A DNA stretch of 63,371 nucleotides, taken from assembly GCA_964542245.1 (NCBI GenBank), contig CAZITU010000004.1:1-63371 (forward strand). Reading direction: 5' to 3'. The notes beneath the pieces are model-generated. The model ran no database searches and was not told the origin of the DNA. It saw only the letters and a program-made list of their open reading frames with translations. The stretch is from an uncultured Nitrospirales bacterium (GTDB taxonomy: Bacteria > Nitrospirota > Nitrospiria > Nitrospirales > NS-4). The translations under genes and the position numbers were made by a program. Within the stretch, counting starts at the first letter, position 1. Every line of letters begins with the position of its first letter. Below are positions 54,509 to 62,755 of this stretch, piece by piece.

Positions 54509-55972
54509 ATGACCACGCCCGCACGCCGCGTGCTGGCCCTGGCGCCCATGCCGCCGGAAAAGTCCGCTTACGCGCTGGCCCGATACAGCCGCTCGGTGGA
54601 CTCCATCGAGGACAGCCTGCGCTGGGTCCACGGCCACTCATCCGAGAAGTTCTGGGAGCAGTTTTACTTCGATTACGGGCACGCTTCGATCGCCGACCTC
54701 GGCCACGTCATCATCTGCTTCGAAGGCATCTCCGAATTGGCCGCCATCCATATCCAAGATGAGTCCTTGTGGGATGGCCAAGCCAAGTCGTCCCGCTACC
54801 AGGACTTCGGCCCGGGCGGCGTCTTCGTGCCTGAGGCAATACTCGGCACGCCGGTCGAGGCCACGTATCGGGGCATCGCCGCACGCCTTCACCAGGCTTA
54901 TGAGACGCTGCATACGCCCATCAAGGATTACTTGACCCGGACGACGCCGAAGCCCGACGAGATGAAGCCCGCAGCCTATGATCGGACGATGAACGCCCGC
55001 GCGTTGGACGTCACGCGCTATGTGCTGACGCTTGCGTCACACACCAACGTAGGCCAAGTGGTCAGCATCCGGACGCTGGAGAAGCAGATCAGCCGTCTGC
55101 TCTCGTTGCCGGTCGCCGAGCTCCGGGCGATCGGCGAGGACTTGAAGACGGCCTGCGCCGCCCCACCGGTGAATGTCTGGGGGGAGCTCGATGGGGCACC
55201 CGCGGGTCACAACGAGCCCCTCGCCCCGACACTGGCCCGCTATGCGCGCCCGAGCGAATATCTCATCACAACCTATCAAGAACTGAAACAGGCCGCCGGC
55301 GAGCGCTTGCGCCTCGGAGAGGTTCAGGCGAGCGCGCCGGTGGAATTGATCGAGCCCCATCATCTCTTGGAGGAACTGTCGGCGACGTTACTCTATCGGG
55401 TGACGGCCTACCCCTACCGGCAAATCTTGTCTGCCGTGCGGAGCTGGACGGAAAAGGAACATGAGGAACTGATCGAGGTCGGGCTCAGGCGACGCGGCCC
55501 CCACGACGAACTCCTCAAAGAGTTTCACTGCGGGTATACGTTCATCTTCGATATCCTGATGGACCTCGGTGGCTGGCGGGATCTCCACCGGCACCGCCGC
55601 TGTCAGCAGATCCGGCAGGACTTCACGACGATCCACGGCTACGAGACACCTACAGCCCTGACGGCCGCGGGGGTCGCGGAGCAATACCGGCAGACGATGG
55701 ACGACGTCAGAGGGCAGGTGGAAAGTTTCGCCGTCTCTCACCCGGAAGCCGCGGCCTATCTCACACCCTTCGGCTTCCGCACCCGCTGCCTGTTCAAGAT
55801 GGACTACGCGGAGGCGGAGTACATTGCCCGGCTCCGTTCGGGAGTGAAAGGCCATTTCTCCTATCGCACGGTCGCCTGGCTTATCCGGCAGGCTCTACAG
55901 GCACGTCACCCGTTCCTGGGCGACCGGATCGAGGCCACGCCCCCCGGCATCGAGGACTCGCTCACCCGCTAG
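54509..55972 (+). CDS. thyX: FAD-dependent thymidylate synthase, tandem-domain form
   Basis: YGHASIADLG, SSRYQDF, ARALDVTRY, WRDLHRHR, ARLRSG..GHFSYR. About twice single-domain length. Confidence 0.85.
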   Translation: MTTPARRVLALAPMPPEKSAYALARYSRSVDSIEDSLRWVHGHSSEKFWEQFYFDYGHASIADLGHVIICFEGISELAAIHIQDESLWDGQAKSSRYQDFGPGGVFVPEAILGTPVEATYRGIAARLHQAYETLHTPIKDYLTRTTPKPDEMKPAAYDRTMNARALDVTRYVLTLASHTNVGQVVSIRTLEKQISRLLSLPVAELRAIGEDLKTACAAPPVNVWGELDGAPAGHNEPLAPTLARYARPSEYLITTYQELKQAAGERLRLGEVQASAPVELIEPHHLLEELSATLLYRVTAYPYRQILSAVRSWTEKEHEELIEVGLRRRGPHDELLKEFHCGYTFIFDILMDLGGWRDLHRHRRCQQIRQDFTTIHGYETPTALTAAGVAEQYRQTMDDVRGQVESFAVSHPEAAAYLTPFGFRTRCLFKMDYAEAEYIARLRSGVKGHFSYRTVAWLIRQALQARHPFLGDRIEATPPGIEDSLTR

Positions 55973-56041
55973 CAATCGTCTTCAGGCCGATTGCAATGCC
56001 CCCACGACTTCCCTACAATACGCCTGCTTCACGCCTACTTC

Positions 56042-56117
56042 GCGCCCGTAGCTCAATGGATAGAGCATCAGACTACGGATCTGAGGGTTGGGGGTTCGAC
56101 TCCCTCCGGGCGCGCCA
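56042..56117 (+). tRNA. tRNA-Arg(ACG)
   Basis: GCGCCCG/CGGGCGC acceptor, loop CT-ACG-GA, TTCGACT T-loop, CCA. Upstream TTGCAA-N17-TACAAT (55991-56019). Confidence 0.96.
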
Positions 56118-56159
56118 CAGCCGCCTACAACCTCTTTCACAATAGAGATGGCAACCGAG

Positions 56160-56606
56160 TTAGGGTTGCCCGACTGGACGCCAATCCTTTTCGTCATAGG
56201 GCGGGGTGAAGATCACGTAGGCTTCACTGGCTTCGGAATGGATGTTTTCGGCCCAGTGAGGCGTCCCGCGCGGAATCTCGATTACATCCCCCGGCCCCAC
56301 GATCACGCTCCGGTCTCCGAAATGCACCCGGAACTTCCCGGTTAGAACAAAAATGGTCCCGTCGTGACCATCATGCACGTGCGGCTCCTCAGCAGTCCCT
56401 ACACGCACAAGGTGGAAGCTGGCTTCCTTGGTCGCCTGCAAGGTCCGGATCGCGACCTTGCGGGCGCGCTCCTCCTCGCTCCAATTTATTTCCGCGAGAG
56501 TGGCGTGCGGGGAAACCACCCGCCCTTTCTTGACCTCAACACAGGCGACCAGTAGGAGCAGGATGGATAAGTTTACAGCAGCATACAGAAGCGTTCTCAC
56601 TCCCAT
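56160..56606 (-). CDS. Cupin-domain lipoprotein
   Basis: LLLVAC lipobox, PHVHDGHD and GDVIEIPRGTPHW cupin motifs. Confidence 0.85.
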   Translation of the reverse strand: MGVRTLLYAAVNLSILLLLVACVEVKKGRVVSPHATLAEINWSEEERARKVAIRTLQATKEASFHLVRVGTAEEPHVHDGHDGTIFVLTGKFRVHFGDRSVIVGPGDVIEIPRGTPHWAENIHSEASEAYVIFTPPYDEKDWRPVGQP

Positions 56607-56777
56607 CACCATGTTATTGATGCGCTCCACCAGCACGGTTGCCGGAATCTTGCTCTGCAACACACGAAGGGTAGCAATTCTCTAGAATTCATACGGGTGT
56701 TGTAGTATTTTATCATTCTCAGTCTTGTCTTCGTAGGGCTCACACTGGGAGACCACGGACCTGAATCCCAATAAGCC

Positions 56778-57125
56778 GTGAGATACCAGCAGTTGCGGCG
56801 GGCTATTTTGCAGTTGCTCTACGAGCGGGCGGTGGAGACTCCGCAATCGCTCATTGCCGGCATCGAGGCCAGGGAAATCGCCGCCTTGCTCGACATGACC
56901 GCGCATGAGTTTGCCTTCAACGCCCTGTATCTGGACGGCAAAGGATTCATCACCAACGATCGCGCCAGCAACGGGGGCGAATACCACTTTAACGCAATCA
57001 TGCTTACGTCGGCCGGCATTGATGTGGTTGAGGACCCCGTCGAGATGGATCGCCACGTGCCCATCACGCCACAGGCAAGGACGCACGACAGGCGTCGCGG
57101 CCGAACTCGACGCCCCTTGACTTAA
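56778..57125 (+). CDS. Hypothetical winged-helix-like protein
   Basis: LRRAILQLLY...YLDGKGFI...LTSAGIDVVE pattern. Confidence 0.6.
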   Translation: MRYQQLRRAILQLLYERAVETPQSLIAGIEAREIAALLDMTAHEFAFNALYLDGKGFITNDRASNGGEYHFNAIMLTSAGIDVVEDPVEMDRHVPITPQARTHDRRRGRTRRPLT

Positions 57126-57158
57126 TTCTGAAGAAACGAGTAGCCGGGAACTCCGGAA

Positions 57159-57650
57159 CTAGCGGCGTTTAGGTTTGGGGCCGCCTCTCCGCGTCTGGCG
57201 ACCCTTGGGCCGTTTCCTCGGACGAGGCTTGGCCGTGGCCCGTGGTCGTGCCTTCCGGCGACGCGGGGCTTTGGCTTCGGTTCTCCCGCGGGCCACACGC
57301 ACGGCAGGCAAGGTCCCCAGGATACTCTGGATGGTCCGCTCCTGGCCCGGATCAAAGGCGATGCCGAACACACCCGTACCCGCGAGTCGAACGACCCTCC
57401 CGGATACCTGGTTGAGGGCGCCCGGCTTCACATGCCGCGTGGGGAATGTCAGCAGCACAGCTGTGCCGGGCTCCGGCATGTCTAAGGAGAAAACCGCAGC
57501 GCCGCTGAGACTGATGTTCTCTATTGAGACGATACGCCGGCAATCGTCCACCTGCATGATGAGGTGTGACAGAGCACGGACCCTGTGGTGGCACCGCCGG
57601 CCATCCTCATTTACGACGAGAGGACTCGGTACCGAGTTCCGGACATCCAT
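57159..57650 (-). CDS. PilZ domain protein with Arg/Lys/Pro-rich C-terminal tail
   Basis: RCHHR and NISLSG motifs, AGGAGGA RBS, basic tail. Confidence 0.8.
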   Translation of the reverse strand: MDVRNSVPSPLVVNEDGRRCHHRVRALSHLIMQVDDCRRIVSIENISLSGAAVFSLDMPEPGTAVLLTFPTRHVKPGALNQVSGRVVRLAGTGVFGIAFDPGQERTIQSILGTLPAVRVARGRTEAKAPRRRKARPRATAKPRPRKRPKGRQTRRGGPKPKRR

Positions 57651-57662
57651 GCTTCCTCCTCC

Positions 57663-58124
57663 TTAGGGCATAAGCGGCTGGGGGGACCTGCGCGCCAGGA
57701 ACACCGCCACGACCAACGCAACAATGACCAACACATTGACACCCACATCCAGGAGGTATCGGTGAAACACTTCGGTGGTCAGATGCTCTGCATAGGCAGT
57801 CTCGGCTCCGGTAGTAAGTATGCGCCGAGTGGAGGCAATGATGCAGATATACAAGAAGGGCTCCAGCGTGATGACGTGGGTCTTGAGGAAATTGATAATG
57901 GTCCGAAAAAGTTCCAGCAGGATAATGACCAGCAACAGGTCATGGATGAGGGACAGAACCGCAGGCAAGACCCCTGAGGCGAACGTCGTCACGAACACAT
58001 ACCAGGCATGAGCAAAGACCACCATGCCGACCGCCAAGAAACTGAAGCCAGCCGTGATGTAGCCCAACCCGTCGAGGGTCTCCATCCATGCGATCCAGAG
58101 GTTCGGCCTGGGTGCGTTGTCCAT
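57663..58124 (-). CDS. Phosphate-starvation-inducible PsiE-family membrane protein
   Basis: Four TM helices, LLELFRTI...EPFLYICIIASTRRIL. Confidence 0.85.
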   Translation of the reverse strand: MDNAPRPNLWIAWMETLDGLGYITAGFSFLAVGMVVFAHAWYVFVTTFASGVLPAVLSLIHDLLLVIILLELFRTIINFLKTHVITLEPFLYICIIASTRRILTTGAETAYAEHLTTEVFHRYLLDVGVNVLVIVALVVAVFLARRSPQPLMP

Positions 58125-58234
58125 GAGAAGCGCGAGACTAGCACACCGATCACAAGCGGTCAACCAACGCCTCAGGCCTTCTCCCACATTGTCGCCCTGA
58201 CATGCCCCATGCTAGGCTTACGCGCTATACGCGT

Positions 58235-59371
58235 ATGAACCATGCGTTTATGAACCATGCGTTGGTGTGGAAATTCGTCTGGGCTGGGTGTTCCCTCTGG
58301 CTCCTCGGCACGCTACCCGGGCATGCTACTTCGGCGCCGGAATTTCGTCATGCCCTTCCCGGATACCAATTCCGTTTTCCTCTGGACCATGGTTCGCATG
58401 ACGACTTCCAGACTGAATGGTGGTACTACACCGGCCACCTTCGGAGCGGCGAAGGCCGGACATTCGGCTATCAAGTCACCTTCTTCCGGCGGGCCGTGGC
58501 TCATGAGGTTGCAGCCCGGAACCCTTCGCGATGGACAATCCGTCACATCTACTTCGCACACTTTGCCCTCACCGATGAAGGAGGAGGGCAATTCCGTTTT
58601 GCGGAAAAAATTTCCCGGGCGGGGATTCGGAAGGCGGGCGCCGACTCCGGAAGGCTCGCCGTGTGGATTGATGATTGGCGAGCCGAAGGGGAGGGCGAAA
58701 CGCATGTGCTCGAAGCGCGAGCTGAGGACATGGCTCTCCGCCTCAGGTTGAGGCCGGATAAGCCGCCGGTGATTCACGGCCGCGACGGCGTCAGCCGGAA
58801 GGGGGAGACCGCCGGTCAGGCGTCGCATTACTATTCCTTCAGTCGAATGCGCACGGATGGCACGCTCATGCTCGGCGGGAAGGCCCTTCCCGTCACTGGC
58901 CGGAGTTGGATGGATCACGAGTTCGGCAGCAACCAACTTAGCGACGCGCAAATCGGATGGGATTGGTTCTCCCTGCAGATGGACGACCGGACCGAGTTGA
59001 TGGTCTACCAAATCCGACGCCGGGATGGGTCCATCGAGCCGGCTTCAGGGGGGACGTGGATCAATCCTGATGGAACGAGCGTGCCCCTCCCACTGAACGC
59101 CATTGTGGTCGAGGCCTTGGAGCATTGGCAGTCCCCTCAAAGCGGCGGCCGCTATCCCGCGCGGTGGCGCATCACCGTCCCCTCCGCTCGTCTGGCGGTC
59201 GAAGTCCTCCCAACGATTCCGCACCAGGAACTGGTCACACGCGCCAGCACACAGATCACGTATTGGGAAGGGAGCGTCACCGTCAAGGGCGAACGAGAAG
59301 GGAGGCCCGTTTCAGGCCTGGGCTATGCGGAGCTGACCGGCTACGCAGCGCCTCTCCGGCGGCGCCTGTGA
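58235..59371 (+). CDS. Lipocalin-like / CrtC-AttH-type hydratase family protein
   Basis: DHGSHDDFQTEWWYYTG, SHYYSFSR, WMDHEFGS, GWDWFSLQ, YWEGSV, GYAELTGY. Confidence 0.85.
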   Translation: MNHAFMNHALVWKFVWAGCSLWLLGTLPGHATSAPEFRHALPGYQFRFPLDHGSHDDFQTEWWYYTGHLRSGEGRTFGYQVTFFRRAVAHEVAARNPSRWTIRHIYFAHFALTDEGGGQFRFAEKISRAGIRKAGADSGRLAVWIDDWRAEGEGETHVLEARAEDMALRLRLRPDKPPVIHGRDGVSRKGETAGQASHYYSFSRMRTDGTLMLGGKALPVTGRSWMDHEFGSNQLSDAQIGWDWFSLQMDDRTELMVYQIRRRDGSIEPASGGTWINPDGTSVPLPLNAIVVEALEHWQSPQSGGRYPARWRITVPSARLAVEVLPTIPHQELVTRASTQITYWEGSVTVKGEREGRPVSGLGYAELTGYAAPLRRRL

Positions 59372-59446
59372 GGGCACCGAGCAGCCTTGACACCCCACGG
59401 ATGTTTCATTAGTGTACCCAAACTTCGCGATCGAGGGGAGGCGGGA

Positions 59447-60493
59447 ATGACCCCTATCTTGCGTGCGCTCACACTGATCAGCCTCTTGCTTTCCGGCACG
59501 GGCTGCGGAAAACAGAGCGACACGATCGTGGCGATCGCCCCGCATCCACGGAATCCCGACATCATCTACATCGCCACCAACGAATCGCTCTACAAGACCC
59601 GCGACGGAGGGTCCACTTGGACCAAAAAGACGACAGACCTGAGTAGTTTCCGCGTCCTGACGTTGGGCGTTGACCCTCATAGTCCTTCGAACGTGCTGGC
59701 CGGAACCATGGGTGACGCCGTCTACAAGAGTCCCGACGGCGGCCAGAGTTGGACCCCGCACAACGGCGGCCTCAAGGAGCACGTGTCGGTCGTCAACCAG
59801 TTCGTCTTCCACCCTTCCACGCCCGACACCATCTACGTTGCCACAACCGTCGGAGCCTTTCGAACCAAGGATGGGGGGCGTTTTTGGGAGGAGCGCATGC
59901 ACGGGATGAAAGAGGTCCACTATGTCGTGACGTTGGCCATGGACCCCAAAAACACAGACGTGCTGTATGCTGGCACAACAGGAGGTGTCTACAAAACCTC
60001 CGACGGCACGGTGAAGTGGGAACTGGTCAACAACGGCCTCATCCCGAAGGAAAAACTGGACGCGGCAATGGCGCTCGGCGTGAATACCCTCGTGACGGAC
60101 CCGCACATGCCCGGGACGGTTTATGCGGGCACAACCAACGGCCTGTTCAAGACCACCGACGCGGCGGCCTCGTGGAAGCGTATCGAGAAAGGGTTAGCCG
60201 ACACGTACATCAGCGCCATCCTGATTGAGCCGTCCAATCCCAACATCCTGTATGTCGGGACGCGCAAAGGGGTCCACAAGACTACAGACGGCGGGGAATC
60301 CTGGAGTGAAGCCAGCACCGGCTTGACGACTCTGAATATCCGGGCCATGGCTCTCAGTCCGGTCTCCTCACAGACAGTGTTTGCCGGAACCAACGGCAGC
60401 GGCCTATTTCGCAGCACCGATGGAGCCAAGCTCTGGAAGCCTGTCCCTCTCACCCCCCCCACGAAACCTCCTACGCCGACTGTCACCCAATAA
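59447..60493 (+). CDS. BNR-repeat beta-propeller lipoprotein (YCF48/VPS10-like)
   Basis: Lipobox SGTGC, repeated (Y/F)K(T/S)xDGGxxW Asp-boxes. Upstream TTGACA-N17-TAGTGT (59387-59415). Confidence 0.88.
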   Translation: MTPILRALTLISLLLSGTGCGKQSDTIVAIAPHPRNPDIIYIATNESLYKTRDGGSTWTKKTTDLSSFRVLTLGVDPHSPSNVLAGTMGDAVYKSPDGGQSWTPHNGGLKEHVSVVNQFVFHPSTPDTIYVATTVGAFRTKDGGRFWEERMHGMKEVHYVVTLAMDPKNTDVLYAGTTGGVYKTSDGTVKWELVNNGLIPKEKLDAAMALGVNTLVTDPHMPGTVYAGTTNGLFKTTDAAASWKRIEKGLADTYISAILIEPSNPNILYVGTRKGVHKTTDGGESWSEASTGLTTLNIRAMALSPVSSQTVFAGTNGSGLFRSTDGAKLWKPVPLTPPTKPPTPTVTQ

Positions 60494-60911
60494 CCACTGA
60501 ACAGTACTTATACCTACGTTAAACATGCTGTTTATCAACTACGTGTACTTCCCTTCACATTCCACCATGCCTTAAGCATTCTTGTGGTCATTGAAGTTTA
60601 TAATCTAAATATTGTAGGTAGGGCTCAAAACTATTTTGTGTATGTTAAATCAATGTGTTACATAATATCCACAGCTTGGTGCTTATCACCGAAAATGGAG
60701 TAATTGATAGAAATTGAAAAGGAAAACATAACGGAAACAGGATATCGTGCAGTTAAAAGAAGCACGCTTCGACGTAATTGCTTTCTCGCTCTATATCTCA
60801 TTGAAGTAGATGCCCTTCTATATCTTTAAAAGAAAAAAGCACGGCATAGAAAAATTTTATTGACATGCTTTAAAGCGCCTGCTATAAAGCAATCTTAGAA
60901 GAGAGCTTGCT
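60494..60911. other. AT-rich non-coding region
   Basis: Manual count 126/360 GC (~35%) over 60541-60900, against clearly GC-rich flanks. No ORF of 60 aa or more. Confidence 0.85.
60860..60888 (+). promoter_or_regulatory. Near-consensus sigma70 promoter
   Basis: TTGACA-N17-TATAAA with extended -10 TG and an AAAAATTTTAT UP-like tract. Confidence 0.8.
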
Positions 60912-61424
60912 TTGGAAGAGCTTAAAGATATCATTGTCGGCCTTGATCAAAGAATTAGCGCGTATAAATCCAGGCTCCAAGACCTCCAGAAAAAACGCGA
61001 AAAGATTGACGACGAAATCGCGACCATCAAGAAATATCTCGAGCTTGCCGAAACGTTGTATCGTGTGGAGGTTGACAAGGCCAAGCTCGCAAGCCTCTCC
61101 AGCCAGATCATCACCGATGCGGACAAAGACAAGTCAGGTCGCCAGACCCCCCTCATGGACGTCACCGACCAATCTCGTGAAATCCTTCTGGGCCGGTCCA
61201 AATACGTCGGCATGAGCGTGTCGGAGGCCGCCTACCAGATCCTCCGTGATGCCGGTTCGGCAATGCATGCCAAAGACATCTGCCATCGCCTGATCGAAGG
61301 AGGGATCAGGATCAAAGGGAAGACTCCAGTCACTTCGATAGCCACGTCGCTCAAACGAGATCGGCGATTCCGCAAGGTGGCGCCGAACACGTTCGAGGCG
61401 GTCGAGAAACTACAGGCCGTTTGA
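60912..61424 (+). CDS. Coiled-coil + HARE-HTH (winged-helix) protein
   Basis: TTG start, N-terminal heptads. SVSEAAYQILRDAGSAMHAKDICHRL...KGKTPVTSIATSL...RFRKVAPNTF matches the HB1/ASXL/restriction-endonuclease HTH pattern. Confidence 0.8.
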   Translation: MEELKDIIVGLDQRISAYKSRLQDLQKKREKIDDEIATIKKYLELAETLYRVEVDKAKLASLSSQIITDADKDKSGRQTPLMDVTDQSREILLGRSKYVGMSVSEAAYQILRDAGSAMHAKDICHRLIEGGIRIKGKTPVTSIATSLKRDRRFRKVAPNTFEAVEKLQAV

Positions 61425-61467
61425 ACGTAGAGCGGACCGAACCGACCCTCAGGGGAGGTGAACGTTC

Positions 61468-61506
61468 ATGCCCGCGAAGAAAAAGGCAGCGAAGAAGAAA
61501 CGCTGA
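61468..61506 (+). CDS. 12-aa lysine-rich micro-ORF MPAKKKAAKKKR
   Basis: GGAGGTGA (61454-61461), 6-nt spacer, ATG...TGA. Confidence 0.65.
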   Translation: MPAKKKAAKKKR

Positions 61507-61603
61507 GGTCTAAGTTGGGATGGGTGGCTGTCTCAGTTCCGCGACAATGGAACCGCGAACTGAGGCTGACCGAACTTTCGACGAAGAAAGGAGGTGAGGA
61601 TTG

Positions 61604-61642
61604 ATGGCCGCGAAGAAGAAGTCAGCGAAGAAGAAGAAATAA
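61604..61642 (+). CDS. 12-aa lysine-rich micro-ORF MAAKKKSAKKKK
   Basis: AAAGGAGGTGA (61587-61597), 6-nt spacer, ATG...TAA. Confidence 0.65.
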   Translation: MAAKKKSAKKKK

Positions 61643-61660
61643 GTTCCCCTCTAGCATCGC

Positions 61661-61692
61661 GTGCTGGGGGCAAGGCCACTTGCCCCCAGCAC
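61661..61692. terminator. Strong hairpin between convergent units
   Basis: GTGCTGGGGGCAAG-gcca-CTTGCCCCCAGCAC, perfect 14-bp stem, no U-tract. Confidence 0.65.
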
Positions 61693-61779
61693 CCAATCAG
61701 CCTGCTCGTCTTACACCTCCCTACGCAGAACGATTATAGTTGAAGTCAGCCCAGGCAGGGTATGTGCAGCGGTTCTGTC

Positions 61780-62703
61780 TTAGTCGCGTTGCGGGGAGGC
61801 AACGAGCGATGGAGGGAGTTCTCGCATGCGACCGGCCGGCATGTGGGGCTCTGCCGAAACAAGCATCCAGCTTTCCCGAGATTCAAGAATTTGAGCTGCA
61901 AGACGAGCATGCAGGGCATGGCCCGACCGAACAGCAACGATCTCTCCAATGAAGGGCAGACCCAGGAGGGCCATGTCTCCGATTAGATCGAGGACCTTGT
62001 GGCGGACGAACTCATCCCGGAACCTGAGGCCGCCTTCGTTGAGCAATCGATCTTCCGAGAGGATCAGTGTGTTCTGGAGTGACCCGCCGAGCCCCAAGCC
62101 AGCCGCCCAGAGTGCTTCGACTTCACGCAGAAACCCAAACGTCCTGGCCGGAGCAATGTCCCGGACAAAAACTTCCTGCGACCAGGGATAAGTGTAGTCC
62201 TGCCGCTGGATCAAAGGGTGATCGTAATCGATAGTACAAGTGACGCTTGACAGCGTGGCCGGACGGATAGCGATATATTTGTCTCCGTCGCTCACCTCGA
62301 TGGAGCGCACAATCTTGAGATAAGGCCGTTGACGTCCCTGCTGGGCAATACCTGCTCCTAAAATCATGCTCACAAAGGGTGCGGCGCTCCCATCCAGCGC
62401 CGGCAGTTCCGGAGCATCCACCTCAATGTAGAGATTATCAACCAAGAGTCCCGCTGCAGCAGCAAGGACATGTTCGACGGTCTGGACATGCACGCCGCCT
62501 ATCCCGACCACCGTAGATAGGAGCGCAGGCCGAATATTCTTGATCGATGCGCTAATCCGTAAGCCTGTGCCGAGGTCTTTTCGGATGAAGACGATGCCGG
62601 TGTCGGGAGACGCAGGCAGCATTGTAAGCGACACCCGGCAGCCCGAATGAAGGCCGACCCCGGTGCATGTGACTGGCCTCTGAATAGTTTGCTGAAATAC
62701 CAT
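61780..62703 (-). CDS. lpxC: UDP-3-O-acyl-GlcNAc deacetylase
   Basis: QQTI, GVGLHSG, TVEH, LDGSA, IAPARTFGF, RHKVLDLIGD, SGHALH. Confidence 0.96.
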   Translation of the reverse strand: MVFQQTIQRPVTCTGVGLHSGCRVSLTMLPASPDTGIVFIRKDLGTGLRISASIKNIRPALLSTVVGIGGVHVQTVEHVLAAAAGLLVDNLYIEVDAPELPALDGSAAPFVSMILGAGIAQQGRQRPYLKIVRSIEVSDGDKYIAIRPATLSSVTCTIDYDHPLIQRQDYTYPWSQEVFVRDIAPARTFGFLREVEALWAAGLGLGGSLQNTLILSEDRLLNEGGLRFRDEFVRHKVLDLIGDMALLGLPFIGEIVAVRSGHALHARLAAQILESRESWMLVSAEPHMPAGRMRELPPSLVASPQRD

Positions 62704-62739
62704 AATACTTCCTCTTGATCGCAGGGTCGAAATCAATAA

Positions 62740-62755
62740 AGCAATTCATGTACCA
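62740..62755 (-). promoter_or_regulatory. sigma54 -24/-12 promoter upstream of lpxC
   Basis: TGGTAC-ATGAA-TTGCT (GG-N10-GC), 37 nt upstream of ATG, AT-rich upstream. Confidence 0.65.

Noticed and set aside
56117-57125. Island downstream of tRNA-Arg(ACG)
   Set aside because: Slightly lower GC, but no att repeat or mobility gene seen.
60494-60911. Replication origin
   Set aside because: Only one DnaA-box-like 9-mer (ATATCCACA, 60665-60673), with no box cluster and no dnaA/dnaN/gidA context.
61422-61506. Readthrough or frameshift fusing the HTH protein to the lysine tail
   Set aside because: TGA is followed by a second in-frame TAG, the micro-ORF is in another frame, and it has its own strong SD.
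61468-61642. Lysine attenuator leader peptides
   Set aside because: No downstream same-strand gene to regulate. The next gene (lpxC) is convergent.
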